Source: a virus (lineage: Duplodnaviria; Caudoviricetes). From it: a DNA stretch of 26,152 nt. Made by a program: the position numbers and the translations under genes. Position 1 is the first letter of the stretch. Every line of letters starts with the position of its first letter. The DNA lies in IMG/VR virus record IMGVR_UViG_3300035562_000067, positions 1 to 26,152 of that record; one strand, written 5' to 3'. Positions 8,344 through 17,746 of the stretch are shown in pieces. Below the pieces are notes generated by a model. The model had not been told where the DNA came from. It ran no database searches and worked only from the letters and a program-made list of their open reading frames with translations.

Positions 8344-9641
8344 CGAACGGGAACCCTCAACGGTTGAGCCGGGATAAAGCCGGGGTGTTTCACGGCATTT
8401 CGCCCGGTAATGTCGGTTTCACGTGCCGCGTTGTCATACCAGGTGGCCGCAAGCACCAACGCCGGCAATACCTCGGGTGGCGTACGGGTGACCGTTTTCT
8501 CCACCTGGGCCAGCCGCGTCGATATATCGCGATTGGTATTCGTGCGCACCCGATTAAGGGAAAGGAAAAGGCCATCATCGACCGTGCGCTGCAATTCGGT
8601 ATCAATGACATGATTAAGTTCGGCGCGAACAGTGATCAGGTCGTCCCATGTCACCGGCAGCAGTGCGGGACTATCAACGCCAGCGTCATTCAGTGAAGGA
8701 TGAGAAACTACGGGCAACGCACTATCTGGCGTGCGTTGATTAATCGGTGTTTTGGGCTGAGGCAGTCGTGTAACGGTATATGCCGCTTCACTGATCGCGG
8801 TGGTACGGATGGCTTCAGCTACATAATTTTGCTGCGTCTTGACGGCCTGCGTGGTTGTACTGTCAGTACTCCATACACCACGCGGAGCCAGGTCATGCCC
8901 CAGAGTTACCCCGGAAAGTGAATCAACCATGGTGACCAGATCAGAGGCATCACCACTAAGCCGGTTGCCGGCGCGCCACATTTTTTGCAACGCATTGACA
9001 AAATTCATCCCTGAAGAGGGCGGCATCAGCAACACCGACAAATCACCCTGCAGTAAACGTGCAGCGGCGGCGATCCCCTCGTCCACCATGGTGAAAGCAT
9101 CCGCCACGGTGTTCAACATCTCGGTGGCCCGGTCCAGAACATCGCTCTGAATAAAATCAGAAAGCCCATCCATACCAAAGCTGGAAAACGCCTCACCGAT
9201 ACTGTCATCCAGTGCCGAACAAGACGACACCAGCACCTGACCCGTTGCCACACCGGACGTTGGAAAGGACAATTCCCCCGCCTCAACGAAACTGAAACTG
9301 ACGCGACACATGCGGCCTTCGGTGTTGCTGTGGCTTACACGTACCTCACCATCAACACAAATGGCCATTTCACCGTAAAAGGGATGCACCAACGTGCCCG
9401 GACCCGGGGTATCTACCGCCGCGATCAGCCGATCCCGCTGGTCAATATAATCATCTCCGACCAGGTAGGCGCTGAGGGTAAATCGCCGGGTTGCCCGCCC
9501 CAGATCTTCGGTGTAGGGCTTATCGCGATTAGGATACTCATGCGTCTGCACGCGGCGGCCAAACGTGCCCTCGTCACTTTCCACGCTGAAAGGCACGCCT
9601 CGAAACGAGGCGGCCTGTAGCCTGTTTTTCCATCCAGCCAT
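8340..9641 (-). CDS. DNA circularization / tail protein (Mu N-like)
   Basis: ASFRGVPF, GRRVQTHEYPNRD, GTLVHPFYG, N.VKHPGF; GGAG SD before ATG 9641. Confidence 0.9.
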   Translation of the reverse strand: MAGWKNRLQAASFRGVPFSVESDEGTFGRRVQTHEYPNRDKPYTEDLGRATRRFTLSAYLVGDDYIDQRDRLIAAVDTPGPGTLVHPFYGEMAICVDGEVRVSHSNTEGRMCRVSFSFVEAGELSFPTSGVATGQVLVSSCSALDDSIGEAFSSFGMDGLSDFIQSDVLDRATEMLNTVADAFTMVDEGIAAAARLLQGDLSVLLMPPSSGMNFVNALQKMWRAGNRLSGDASDLVTMVDSLSGVTLGHDLAPRGVWSTDSTTTQAVKTQQNYVAEAIRTTAISEAAYTVTRLPQPKTPINQRTPDSALPVVSHPSLNDAGVDSPALLPVTWDDLITVRAELNHVIDTELQRTVDDGLFLSLNRVRTNTNRDISTRLAQVEKTVTRTPPEVLPALVLAATWYDNAARETDITGRNAVKHPGFIPAQPLRVPVR

Positions 9642-9655
9642 AATCACTCCAGGCG

Positions 9656-9677
9656 AAAAAAAACCCGCGGAGCGGGT
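9656..9677 (-). terminator. Intrinsic terminator after tape measure gene
   Basis: Minus strand ACCCGC-TCC-GCGGGT followed by a T run. Confidence 0.8.
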
Positions 9678-11584
9678 CAGGGTTTGGCAAATCGGTTATA
9701 GCCGACATCGTAGGAAATACCGGGAGGCAGTTTGCTGTCCGTCTGTACCTTCATGCCTGTCGGCACATTCTCAAATTTGAAGGTGAATTCGCCCCCTTGC
9801 GGTTGTTGTTGCGGTCCGCCGATGGGCTTTAGCAAGGGAACCGAAGGCTGGTAGCCTCGCTCAGGGGTTTCATCCCGGCGCCAGGGCAGCCATTTTTTGC
9901 CCAGAGCATCAACGCTGTCCATACCGGGTAATTCATTCAGTGAGCGGGTCACCACGTTATCTTTCAACCAGGTAAAACGTTCCTCCAGCGGATCGGCTAC
10001 GTATTCTTTCGCTGTGAGCGCCGCGCCAATCATGCCCAGACGACCAAGCGCCGCGCCGCCGCCACCGAATAATCCTGTTCCCTTGGTCGCCTTGCCCAGC
10101 TTGCCCATCTCTTTTGTCACACTGCCAATGGAACTGATCATATCAACAGACCATTTGACCACCATAAAAGCCAGAATACCCTTCAGGACAGACTCCCAGC
10201 CCCCCATGGCCTCGACAGCCTTATTGATCTCAGCCAGCGCGGGCTGAATAGCCGGACCGACGGTATCCCAGTTTTCCACAATCAAGCCACCCGCCAGCAC
10301 CAGCAAAGTAACCAGTTTACCCAGCGGGGACATTTTCATGACGCCATTGAGCAGGCCGAATGCCTTGGTCACTGCGCCCACGGCTGTCGCGGTACCCAAC
10401 AGGTAAGCGCCAAACTTGGCAATAGACTTAATCAATTCTGGGTTTTCCTTCACCCAATTGCGGAGCTTCTCAATAAACGGCATCAATTTTCCAATGCCTT
10501 TGTTCAGGGCTGGCAAGAACATACTGCCGATCGTCACACTGACTGCATTCATCTGATTTTTGAAGAGCTGGATGGCGTTTGCCGTTGTCGCCGCCCGCGA
10601 AGCGTACTCTTTCTCCATCGAGCCGCCGTAGGCCTGCTGGTCTGCCACCTTGGCAAAGTTCTTCCGCAGCAAATCAAGGTTAGTCAGCAGAGGGGCTATT
10701 GCCCCCAGAGACTCCTTGCCAAACAAAGCCGTCATCACGGCAGCTTGTTTCGCCTTGGGCACGCTAGCCAAAGAGTCCAGCACCTTCAACATCGCGCCCT
10801 TCGCGTCCTTCTGCATATCTGCAGCCAGCACTTTCGGGCTGATTCTCAGGGCTCTGAGTGCCTTTTTCTGAGAAGCAGTGGCCGCGCCTCCCGCGGTCAA
10901 CGACAGCATAAAGTTTTTGATCCCCGTAGAGGCAATCTCCGACTCTACGCCCATGCCGGCAATGGTTGCCCCCATCGCCGCAATCTCTCCAGACGCTACG
11001 CCCGCCACGCTACCGAGCGGTCCGATACGCGTAACGACTTCCGAAATTTTTGCTGCATTCGCCGGGCCGGTGTTGCCCAGGTAGTTGATCTTGTCCGCCA
11101 GCCCCACCACATCGGTCTGGGTCATTTTGAAGGCCGTACGCCATTGCGCCATCATCTGACCAGACTCCTCAGCAGTCTGGTCGAAGGCTACCCCCATCTT
11201 TACCGCTGACTCCGCAAAGGAAAGTAGTTCCTCTTTGGCGATACCGGCCTGGCCACCCGCCGCAACAATCTGCCCAATCCCCTCGGCCGCCATCGGCAAC
11301 CGGGTGGATAGATTAAGGACATCCTCCCCCATTTTCTTGAACTGCTCGGGGGTATCAAAATCCACCACCTTGCGCACGTCGGCCATGGTCGATTCGAATT
11401 GAATAGCCTGATTAATCGGCACCGCCATCGCCGTGACAATACCGGCACCGACCGCAGCAGCACCGGCCATGATGGAGGAGAATTCCTTGCCAAACCCTTT
11501 GACATTGCGCTGCATTTTCTTCATGGGTTCGGACAACTGATCGACTGCCGTAATGATCGCCTTTAACTGGAAGCTGTCAGCCAC
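9677..11584 (-). CDS. Tail tape measure protein (TP901 core)
   Basis: AIQFESTMADVRKVVDF, LADKINYLGN, ALFGKES; Ala/Gly-rich; follows the chaperone; GTG start. Confidence 0.92.
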   Translation of the reverse strand: MADSFQLKAIITAVDQLSEPMKKMQRNVKGFGKEFSSIMAGAAAVGAGIVTAMAVPINQAIQFESTMADVRKVVDFDTPEQFKKMGEDVLNLSTRLPMAAEGIGQIVAAGGQAGIAKEELLSFAESAVKMGVAFDQTAEESGQMMAQWRTAFKMTQTDVVGLADKINYLGNTGPANAAKISEVVTRIGPLGSVAGVASGEIAAMGATIAGMGVESEIASTGIKNFMLSLTAGGAATASQKKALRALRISPKVLAADMQKDAKGAMLKVLDSLASVPKAKQAAVMTALFGKESLGAIAPLLTNLDLLRKNFAKVADQQAYGGSMEKEYASRAATTANAIQLFKNQMNAVSVTIGSMFLPALNKGIGKLMPFIEKLRNWVKENPELIKSIAKFGAYLLGTATAVGAVTKAFGLLNGVMKMSPLGKLVTLLVLAGGLIVENWDTVGPAIQPALAEINKAVEAMGGWESVLKGILAFMVVKWSVDMISSIGSVTKEMGKLGKATKGTGLFGGGGAALGRLGMIGAALTAKEYVADPLEERFTWLKDNVVTRSLNELPGMDSVDALGKKWLPWRRDETPERGYQPSVPLLKPIGGPQQQPQGGEFTFKFENVPTGMKVQTDSKLPPGISYDVGYNRFAKP

Positions 11585-11744
11585 GTTTCATCTCCTCACC
11601 AATACGGACGGCCTCGGCCTCCAGCTCAAAAAACCGGCTCAGAGCGAGCCGGCGCAGATCCAAAGGATTTAATCCCCAGAAATAGGCTGTGTTGTAGAGC
11701 CGTTTTCGGAGTTCTCCGGGGTTTTCGACCCCGTAAAAAAACCC
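11577..11744 (-). CDS. -1 frameshift extension of the tail chaperone (GT-type; fusion 11992..11577, 138 aa)
   Basis: G GGT TTT TTT at 11744-11735; -1 frame open: FYGVENPGELRKRLYNTAYFWGLNPLDLRRLALSRFFELEAEAVRIGEEMKRG*, stop overlapping the start of the tape measure gene. Confidence 0.85.
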   Translation of the reverse strand, partial: GFFYGVENPGELRKRLYNTAYFWGLNPLDLRRLALSRFFELEAEAVRIGEEMKRG

Positions 11745-11992
11745 ATGATGGACATCGAGATAACAAAAATATCGTACAAGGCTAACTGCTTGGCCGAGGA
11801 AAGGGGGATCCCGGCAAGCTCCGGGATATACGCCAATGCTGATGCTGAATCCAGCTTGACACCACCCGATTCCGTCAGCGAGAACGGCATGCCAAACTTC
11901 GCCACCTGGTCATAGTCAGGCTCCTGCAACTCCAACACATGCAGCTTTTCGCCATGAGCAGTGATCGGTTTACTGAGTGGGATTTGTTTCAT
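11669..11992 (-). CDS. Tail assembly chaperone (G-type)
   Basis: LSKPITAHGE..HVLEL.EP; located between tube and tape measure; slippery site near the 3' end. Confidence 0.88.
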   Translation of the reverse strand: MKQIPLSKPITAHGEKLHVLELQEPDYDQVAKFGMPFSLTESGGVKLDSASALAYIPELAGIPLSSAKQLALYDIFVISMSIMGFFTGSKTPENSENGSTTQPISGD

Positions 11993-12345
11993 TGATGGAA
12001 TCCTTCTTCACCATGGAACTCCAGGTCGGCTGTGCCTTCCTCGGGGTTGTGGTTGGCCTCACCGTGTAACCAGGCGCTGCCCAGCACGTACACCATGCCG
12101 TTTGCCAGCTCGGCGGTAATGGTCATCGCCGTGGATGACACCAGCTTGTTGATAGGAAACGCCTTCGGCACTTTGAAGGTGCCTTTCACATAAGGGGCTC
12201 GGTGGGTCTCTTTGTGATCCACGTCCCCAGCCAGGCCAATCACATCATCACGGACCACGGTGTTCATCGGCACTTCAATGCCACCGGTCAGCGACAGCTG
12301 TTGGCCGTCAATTTTTAGGTAACAGGTACCGGCGATCTTAGCCAT
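11989..12345 (-). CDS. Tail tube protein
   Basis: KIAGTCYLKIDG, TITAELANG.VYVL..AW, EEG...LEFHG; follows sheath. Confidence 0.92.
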   Translation of the reverse strand: MAKIAGTCYLKIDGQQLSLTGGIEVPMNTVVRDDVIGLAGDVDHKETHRAPYVKGTFKVPKAFPINKLVSSTAMTITAELANGMVYVLGSAWLHGEANHNPEEGTADLEFHGEEGFHQ

Positions 12346-13862
12346 CAGGCGGCCTCCTCGTTGTACTGCAGGCGGAACTGGTTAAGCAGGGCAAACACCC
12401 GCAGCTGGTTGATGTAATCCGGTGGGAACAGCACATCCAGACGGCTCGGGTCATTGGCGTTACGCTCAACAATCAGGTATTTCTGAAACAGCTCGAAGTT
12501 TTCAACAATGCCCTCACGCTCGAGCTGGCGATAGGTTGCGCAAAGCTCCCCGCGGATCACCGCAGGCGTCACAATGGCCTGACCTGGACCGAAGCGCGTG
12601 CCGTCATTAGCCAGTTTGTGGCGCCCATATTTAGAGGTGATCACCGACTTGAGGCGGCGCAGGACGTAGGCACTGGTGTGCAGTGTCTCACTGTCCAGAT
12701 AGCTATTATCCGCCACCCCATAGGCATTTTTCTTATAGGTGGTGATATCGCGCTGAATGCGCAGGCTGCCACCCTCGGTGTACGCTGTCGCAATCCCGTG
12801 GGTCAGCAGGGACTGCTGCTCGGTCATGATGAACCGCTTGCCAACAGGGGCCGGGATAGCGCCCGTCAGTTCACCGGTTTGCGTTGGACGGGCCGGATCG
12901 ATACGCAGGAACACGGCCGCGCGCGCAAGACGGAAAGCCACCAGCTCATCCAGCGGTGTCTGGCAATCCGGCTCATAGCCAGCAACAGTAATATGCTGGT
13001 TGTTGAGCCCATCACCAAAGGCCACCAAATCGGACAAATCACCAATCTTGCCGGTATAAACATGGCCGTACAGCTGACGCATGTAGCTCCAGCGCCCGCT
13101 GCTGTCGTTCATTTCCAACGCCATCAATTGCAGGCTTGGCATGTCGCTGAAAGGCAGACCAATGTAATCAAACGGCGCATCCCCCATGGCCGCCACCGCC
13201 GGCGCCAGATCCGGATCGCCGGCACCGCTTTTCATGACACCAATTTGCGCCGTTAGCCCAGCAGGAACCTCCTCCCCGCCCACGCTGCCGTAATAATTCA
13301 CGGTCAACGGAATGTCGTTACCCGAAATGCCTTTATTCACGGCAGTCAACGTCACCACGCCCTGGGCCTCGCCGCCAGAGGTAGACAGCACCTCGGCTTT
13401 CACCGGTAAATCCGGGCGCGCATTGACCGCCGTCGCCAGAGCCGTTGCCACTGCCTTGGCTTTGTCTTCCGTCGCCACCACTGCCTGAACCCGGGTGGTG
13501 CCAATATAAAGACTGATACTGCCGGCAGCGGTTGCGGTCCCCGAAATTGTCACCGTTCCCTTTGCAGCGTTTCCTGTACCATCAGGTAGCGCAATCACCC
13601 ACAATTCGCCAAAAGGGTCAACCTTGCGGTAAGCCGATACCATACGGGCCAACTGGCTGCCACGGCCGGCTAATTTTCCCGCCAGATCTGCAGACGGCAT
13701 GATCAACAGTTCGTTTGCCGTGATTTCCGAATCAGGCAATGCCATGCCTATCAACAGCGAAGGAGCATTATCCTGCGCAGTATTGGCGGCGCTATTGTCC
13801 ATTTCCGCATAAAACAGCGGAACCCGAACATCCGCCGGGATGTTATTAAAGCTCACGGTCAT
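12345..13862 (-). CDS. Contractile tail sheath protein (Mu gpL-like)
   Basis: VPLFYAEMDNSAA, DPARPTQTGEL, ITTYKKNAYGVADNSYLD, PPDYINQLRVFA. Confidence 0.95.
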   Translation of the reverse strand: MTVSFNNIPADVRVPLFYAEMDNSAANTAQDNAPSLLIGMALPDSEITANELLIMPSADLAGKLAGRGSQLARMVSAYRKVDPFGELWVIALPDGTGNAAKGTVTISGTATAAGSISLYIGTTRVQAVVATEDKAKAVATALATAVNARPDLPVKAEVLSTSGGEAQGVVTLTAVNKGISGNDIPLTVNYYGSVGGEEVPAGLTAQIGVMKSGAGDPDLAPAVAAMGDAPFDYIGLPFSDMPSLQLMALEMNDSSGRWSYMRQLYGHVYTGKIGDLSDLVAFGDGLNNQHITVAGYEPDCQTPLDELVAFRLARAAVFLRIDPARPTQTGELTGAIPAPVGKRFIMTEQQSLLTHGIATAYTEGGSLRIQRDITTYKKNAYGVADNSYLDSETLHTSAYVLRRLKSVITSKYGRHKLANDGTRFGPGQAIVTPAVIRGELCATYRQLEREGIVENFELFQKYLIVERNANDPSRLDVLFPPDYINQLRVFALLNQFRLQYNEEAA

Positions 13863-14032
13863 TGTGTGTTACCTCGCGGTTTGGCCGGTGAATTATCTTG
13901 TTTTCGGACATCGCCGGCCGACAGCCGACGGATCCAATAGGTACTGGGCTCGACATTCCGCCCCGCCGCAGGCAGAACATCGCCGCGATCAGGATCGGGA
14001 ACCGTTCGCCCTTTTTTAGGTATCAGGTACAT
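13859..14032 (-). CDS. DUF2635-type small tail protein (57 aa, absent from ORF track)
   Basis: My translation: MYLIPKKGRTVPDPDRGDVLPAAGRNVEPSTYWIRRLSAGDV...; ATGA overlap with sheath start. Confidence 0.85.
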   Translation of the reverse strand: MYLIPKKGRTVPDPDRGDVLPAAGRNVEPSTYWIRRLSAGDVRKQDNSPAKPRGNTQ

Positions 14033-14035
14033 GGG

Positions 14036-14596
14036 CTACTCGCTGAAATGAATTTCGGTGTGGTGTTCGATATGACCATCTGGCCCGGTGCCAGGATCGA
14101 TATAGTCAACGTCAATCGACAGGGTTTTAAACTCATCCAGTGCGTCCAGGTCATCCTGCTGGCGGGTGTCGTCTTCTGTGACCTCACGCTCTACCGTAAA
14201 ATCAAACTGGTAATAGAGTTCAGCACGGTTCAGGTCGAGCACCGTTCCGCCGGCATAGCAGATGGGGTTGGCATCCGGATCAGGTTCCCAACCGAGCAAA
14301 GCTTTCCACACGTCGGCTCGCACGTCGTGTACCGCATCATAAGATGCCCACTGGCCGAGCTCGTCGCGCCCATTGCTTAGCACCACGATGACCGAAAATC
14401 CCTCCGTCAGATCCTGCCAGTAATCGGTCTGGGTCTTCTGCTCGCCCGGTGTGTCATCGGCCGGCACCACATAAGCCGCCGGGAGTCGTAATTTCCCGAC
14501 CTCGGGAATAGCCTTGAATTGCGCCGCACCGCCCACCCGATTTTCAAACAGCGGACAACGGGCGCGTAATGCCGCGATAATGGGGGTCAATTTCAC
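14036..14596 (-). CDS. Tail terminator/completion protein
   Basis: MKLTPIIAALRARCP.FENRVGGAAQF, ALLGWEP; position before sheath as in SfV-like phages. Confidence 0.7.
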   Translation of the reverse strand: MKLTPIIAALRARCPLFENRVGGAAQFKAIPEVGKLRLPAAYVVPADDTPGEQKTQTDYWQDLTEGFSVIVVLSNGRDELGQWASYDAVHDVRADVWKALLGWEPDPDANPICYAGGTVLDLNRAELYYQFDFTVEREVTEDDTRQQDDLDALDEFKTLSIDVDYIDPGTGPDGHIEHHTEIHFSE

Positions 14597-15111
14597 TTTG
14601 CATTCCTTTTGCGACGCTGTGGCCGCAGAGATTTACGCAATTCGCGTGAAAGGATGTAACGGGTCCAGCTGCGCCGGCGCTCCAATACCTCCACCATGAA
14701 GTTATTACGCGGGGCGATACGCCAATCACTGCCGCCCGAGGCGCCACGATGGTGTTTTTTCTGCCTTTTTGCCCCACGGCGAACGCCGTAGAACAGAAAC
14801 GCAGGGTAAAAAGCACCGTTGATATGGCGGTTGCCTTCACCGTTTTTCTGGTTAGGCGCGATTTTCACCATCAGCCCCGGACGCCGTTTGGACGCGCGCG
14901 GCACGTAATACCCGATAGACCGCGCCAAACGGCCGGTACGATAGGCCGGGTTATCCCCGGGGGCCGAGCGGCCACGGTGCATGACCAGCCGACGCGCATC
15001 GCGCATATGGATCTGGCCAATGCGCACAAAAGCACGACGCAACCGGGCACGGTTAAACACCAGCTCCGTCGGCTGCTGAAAATCAACGTGTAAAGAGGCT
15101 TTCACCACCAT
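14593..15111 (-). CDS. Neck/tail completion protein (HK97 gp10-like, basic)
   Basis: S.PG.NP..RTGRLARSI, FYPAFLFYG, IAPR.NF; AAGGAG SD before ATG 15111. Confidence 0.7.
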   Translation of the reverse strand: MVVKASLHVDFQQPTELVFNRARLRRAFVRIGQIHMRDARRLVMHRGRSAPGDNPAYRTGRLARSIGYYVPRASKRRPGLMVKIAPNQKNGEGNRHINGAFYPAFLFYGVRRGAKRQKKHHRGASGGSDWRIAPRNNFMVEVLERRRSWTRYILSRELRKSLRPQRRKRNAK

Positions 15112-15493
15112 GGCGGTCACTCCTTCGAGTTTCGGTGCCCAACTCCTCACACTCCAGCAGCAAGAAGCGCCCTTTACTGTTCAGGTCACGCACGCGCCGG
15201 ACCCGGTAGACCTGGCCGGACAGCACGACCTCATGATCAGCGGTAATGCCCGAGCGATAGCGCAAGGTGAAATAATGCGTGACGATTGATTCCGTCTGCA
15301 CCGAGGCCTGATAGGTCGCGGCTCCCACCTGCGCCATCTTGGCCCAGGCCCAAAACGACTCTGGAAAGGTAGGCTCCAGACCAAAATCAGCACCCGGAAC
15401 ATCGACACGCCGGCGTACCTGAATGCGTTGATTCAACTCCCCTGGGTCTGGCAGTAAATAGCTGGCGCTGGTCTGTGTTTGTCGGATTTTCAT
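15083..15493 (-). CDS. Head closure / head-tail adaptor
   Basis: PGELNQRI, TH.F..RYR.GIT, YRV.RVRD, FLLLECEE; ATGA overlap with the connector gene. Confidence 0.85.
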   Translation of the reverse strand: MKIRQTQTSASYLLPDPGELNQRIQVRRRVDVPGADFGLEPTFPESFWAWAKMAQVGAATYQASVQTESIVTHYFTLRYRSGITADHEVVLSGQVYRVRRVRDLNSKGRFLLLECEELGTETRRSDRHGGESLFTR

Positions 15494-15813
15494 AAGGGGA
15501 TATACCGGTAAGGGCCGACAAGCCAAACATATCCCATAGGGAGGTCAGTCTTTTCAAAATCCGACACCGCTGATCGGTTCTCGTAGTAATGCGTTACCAG
15601 CAGCAGCATGCCCATTTTGATGTCGGCAGGAAGGTGCAAACCGTCCAGATCAGACTCAGGAATAGGACTATCCGGCGCATACAGCGTCCGATTGAGATAG
15701 GTTTCCGTGCGTGTTTGCACGGCTTTCCCAAGCAGATCTAACAGCGCGTCTTCGTCAGTAAAATCAAGCTCCAGCTTGCACTGCGCCTTAATTTCATCGC
15801 GTGTCAGCAACAT
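15490..15813 (-). CDS. Head-tail connector (HK97 gp6-like)
   Basis: EIKAQ.KL...DED.LL, YLNR.L, LLLVTHYYENR. Confidence 0.9.
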   Translation of the reverse strand: MLLTRDEIKAQCKLELDFTDEDALLDLLGKAVQTRTETYLNRTLYAPDSPIPESDLDGLHLPADIKMGMLLLVTHYYENRSAVSDFEKTDLPMGYVWLVGPYRYIPL

Positions 15814-15846
15814 GGTTTTCTCCGGTGCCCGCCAGATGACGGGCAC

Positions 15847-15866
15847 AAAAAAACCGCCGAAGCGGT
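15847..15866 (-). terminator. Intrinsic terminator after capsid gene
   Basis: Minus strand ACCGC-TTCG-GCGGT followed by a T run. Confidence 0.85.
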
Positions 15867-15895
15867 GACGAGGTCATTAATGTGACAGCTGATTA

Positions 15896-17137
15896 TCAGC
15901 TGCTGGCAGCGCCTTTACCCACCAGCGCCTTGATGGCAGACGTGTCTTCCAGGATGCAGTCGAAGCGGTGGAAAGCCACAAAGCCGGTCTGATCGAACTC
16001 GACGTAACGCTCAACCAAACGCTTGAGGATCATGTAATTGACGCGGCGAATGATGAAACGGTTGAAATCGCCGCAGAACATGAACTTCTTGCCGGCGCCA
16101 ATATCGTCAATTTCCTGATCGATAACGTACGGCACGTTAAGCACGGATGCCGGCGCCACGCCAACAATGTCTGGCAACCACAGCGGACGCCCCTGGCCAT
16201 CTTCCATCTCACTAATATGACGCAGAGTGCTATCATTGAACGCCAGACGGAAGCGGTCACCGCGGCGGTAGGCCGGATCGATGGAGTGTTTCAGCGCCAG
16301 GATCTCTTTCCAGGTCACCGCCGTTGCTGATGCCGTTGCCGTAGTCTTATCCACGGAAGCAGCAAGCCCCTTCGGTTGTACCGGTGTACCGGTGCCGGTA
16401 CCGCGGATCAGATAACGCGCTTCACCGCGACCAATACGCTCAGCGATACGGCGGGCCAGGTAGGCTTCCATATCGATAGCGCTATCCTGCAGTAGCTCGT
16501 TAGAAACGCGGATGATTTTGGACGACAGCTTTTTCGCCCCCAGGCTGTCCATACCAAACTCGGTATCATCTTCCCCGGTTTCGGTGTTTTCCCCCAACAG
16601 TTCACCCACTTCATCCGTACCATCCGCAGTTGCCCACTCCATGGTGCGGCCATCGGATGTTGTCAGGATCTGCGCGACACCGGCGATGCCGCCGTAGGCT
16701 TTCATCTGTTCGACCACTTTCGCCAGGAAGGTATCAGGTACGGTATAACCGCCCTTTTCATCCGGTGCGATACCTTGCGCACGCAGTTCACGCAGCGCCT
16801 GGCGCTCTTCCGCGCTCAGCTCTGTCATACCGTGGCGCATCCACTTGTCAAACACGGCAACGCGCTGTTCTGGATCCTGGCCGTTCGGTGTATCTTTTTT
16901 CTGTCTTTGGCGCTGCTCTTCCTGCTGCTCATCGACAAAAGACTGATCCAGTGAACGCAGAGACTCTTCACGTTCAATTTGTTCATCGATGGACTGCAGC
17001 TCGCCCTGGGCTTTTTTCCACTCGGTACGCTGTTCATCAGTCCAGGCGGTATCACCGATTTTGTCATGCAGAGCGCGCATATCGGTGGCGATGGTGTTAC
17101 GTTTTTGCTTCAGTTCGTGCAATTTTTTCGCAGACAT
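15896..17137 (-). CDS. Major capsid protein, HK97 fold with N-terminal delta domain
   Basis: Coiled-coil N-terminus, GGYTVP, VSNELLQDS, D.QGRPLW, GDF..F; SD spacing favours ATG 17137 (alternative 17143). Confidence 0.96.
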   Translation of the reverse strand: MSAKKLHELKQKRNTIATDMRALHDKIGDTAWTDEQRTEWKKAQGELQSIDEQIEREESLRSLDQSFVDEQQEEQRQRQKKDTPNGQDPEQRVAVFDKWMRHGMTELSAEERQALRELRAQGIAPDEKGGYTVPDTFLAKVVEQMKAYGGIAGVAQILTTSDGRTMEWATADGTDEVGELLGENTETGEDDTEFGMDSLGAKKLSSKIIRVSNELLQDSAIDMEAYLARRIAERIGRGEARYLIRGTGTGTPVQPKGLAASVDKTTATASATAVTWKEILALKHSIDPAYRRGDRFRLAFNDSTLRHISEMEDGQGRPLWLPDIVGVAPASVLNVPYVIDQEIDDIGAGKKFMFCGDFNRFIIRRVNYMILKRLVERYVEFDQTGFVAFHRFDCILEDTSAIKALVGKGAASS

Positions 17138-17146
17138 AGTCATTCC

Positions 17147-17746
17147 TTACGCATTAATTAAAGTCAGCAGACGCTCGCGCGCCATTCGTTGGTTTACGGC
17201 GTTGGCGATCGCGCCACTGTCGCGCGCCTCCTGCCAGGCTTTCATGGATCGGACGGCCGAATCGGCCTCCTGGTAAGCGGGATAGGTCACTGGGCTGACG
17301 TCAAACAGCCGGGAAAACTTGGTGATCTCGCGGATAACCACACCATCTTCATCGTGATACCAATCCTCACCGTCTCGGGCTACGCGAAACGCAAAAGAGG
17401 ATTGAGTAATGTCGCCTCGCTGCATCGGTGCCAGCACCAAATCGCGAATAGTCTGGGTTTCCGGCGCCACAATGTTGTACTGCAGCCCCCTCGTATCAAC
17501 CGACAGCGATAAGGTACCGGCGGTGCTACGCCCCAGAATGAAGTTAGGATCGTGATTAAACAGCCCCCTGACATCATCGTTCAGCACATCATCGAAGGCG
17601 CCAGGCTTGATAATCTCGCGAAAGCCCCACAGCACCTCCGAGCGGCTGTCGAAGACCGAGCCATAGCCAACAATGTGCGTGGGCTGGTTCTCCTGCTGTT
17701 CGGCGCGCACTTCACCGCTGTAACAGCGCGTTTCTCTGTCACTCAT
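17147..17746 (-). CDS. HK97-family prohead protease
   Basis: GYGSVF, FREII.PGAF, LFNHD, SFAF, LFDVSPVTYPAY. Confidence 0.96.
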   Translation of the reverse strand: MSDRETRCYSGEVRAEQQENQPTHIVGYGSVFDSRSEVLWGFREIIKPGAFDDVLNDDVRGLFNHDPNFILGRSTAGTLSLSVDTRGLQYNIVAPETQTIRDLVLAPMQRGDITQSSFAFRVARDGEDWYHDEDGVVIREITKFSRLFDVSPVTYPAYQEADSAVRSMKAWQEARDSGAIANAVNQRMARERLLTLINA

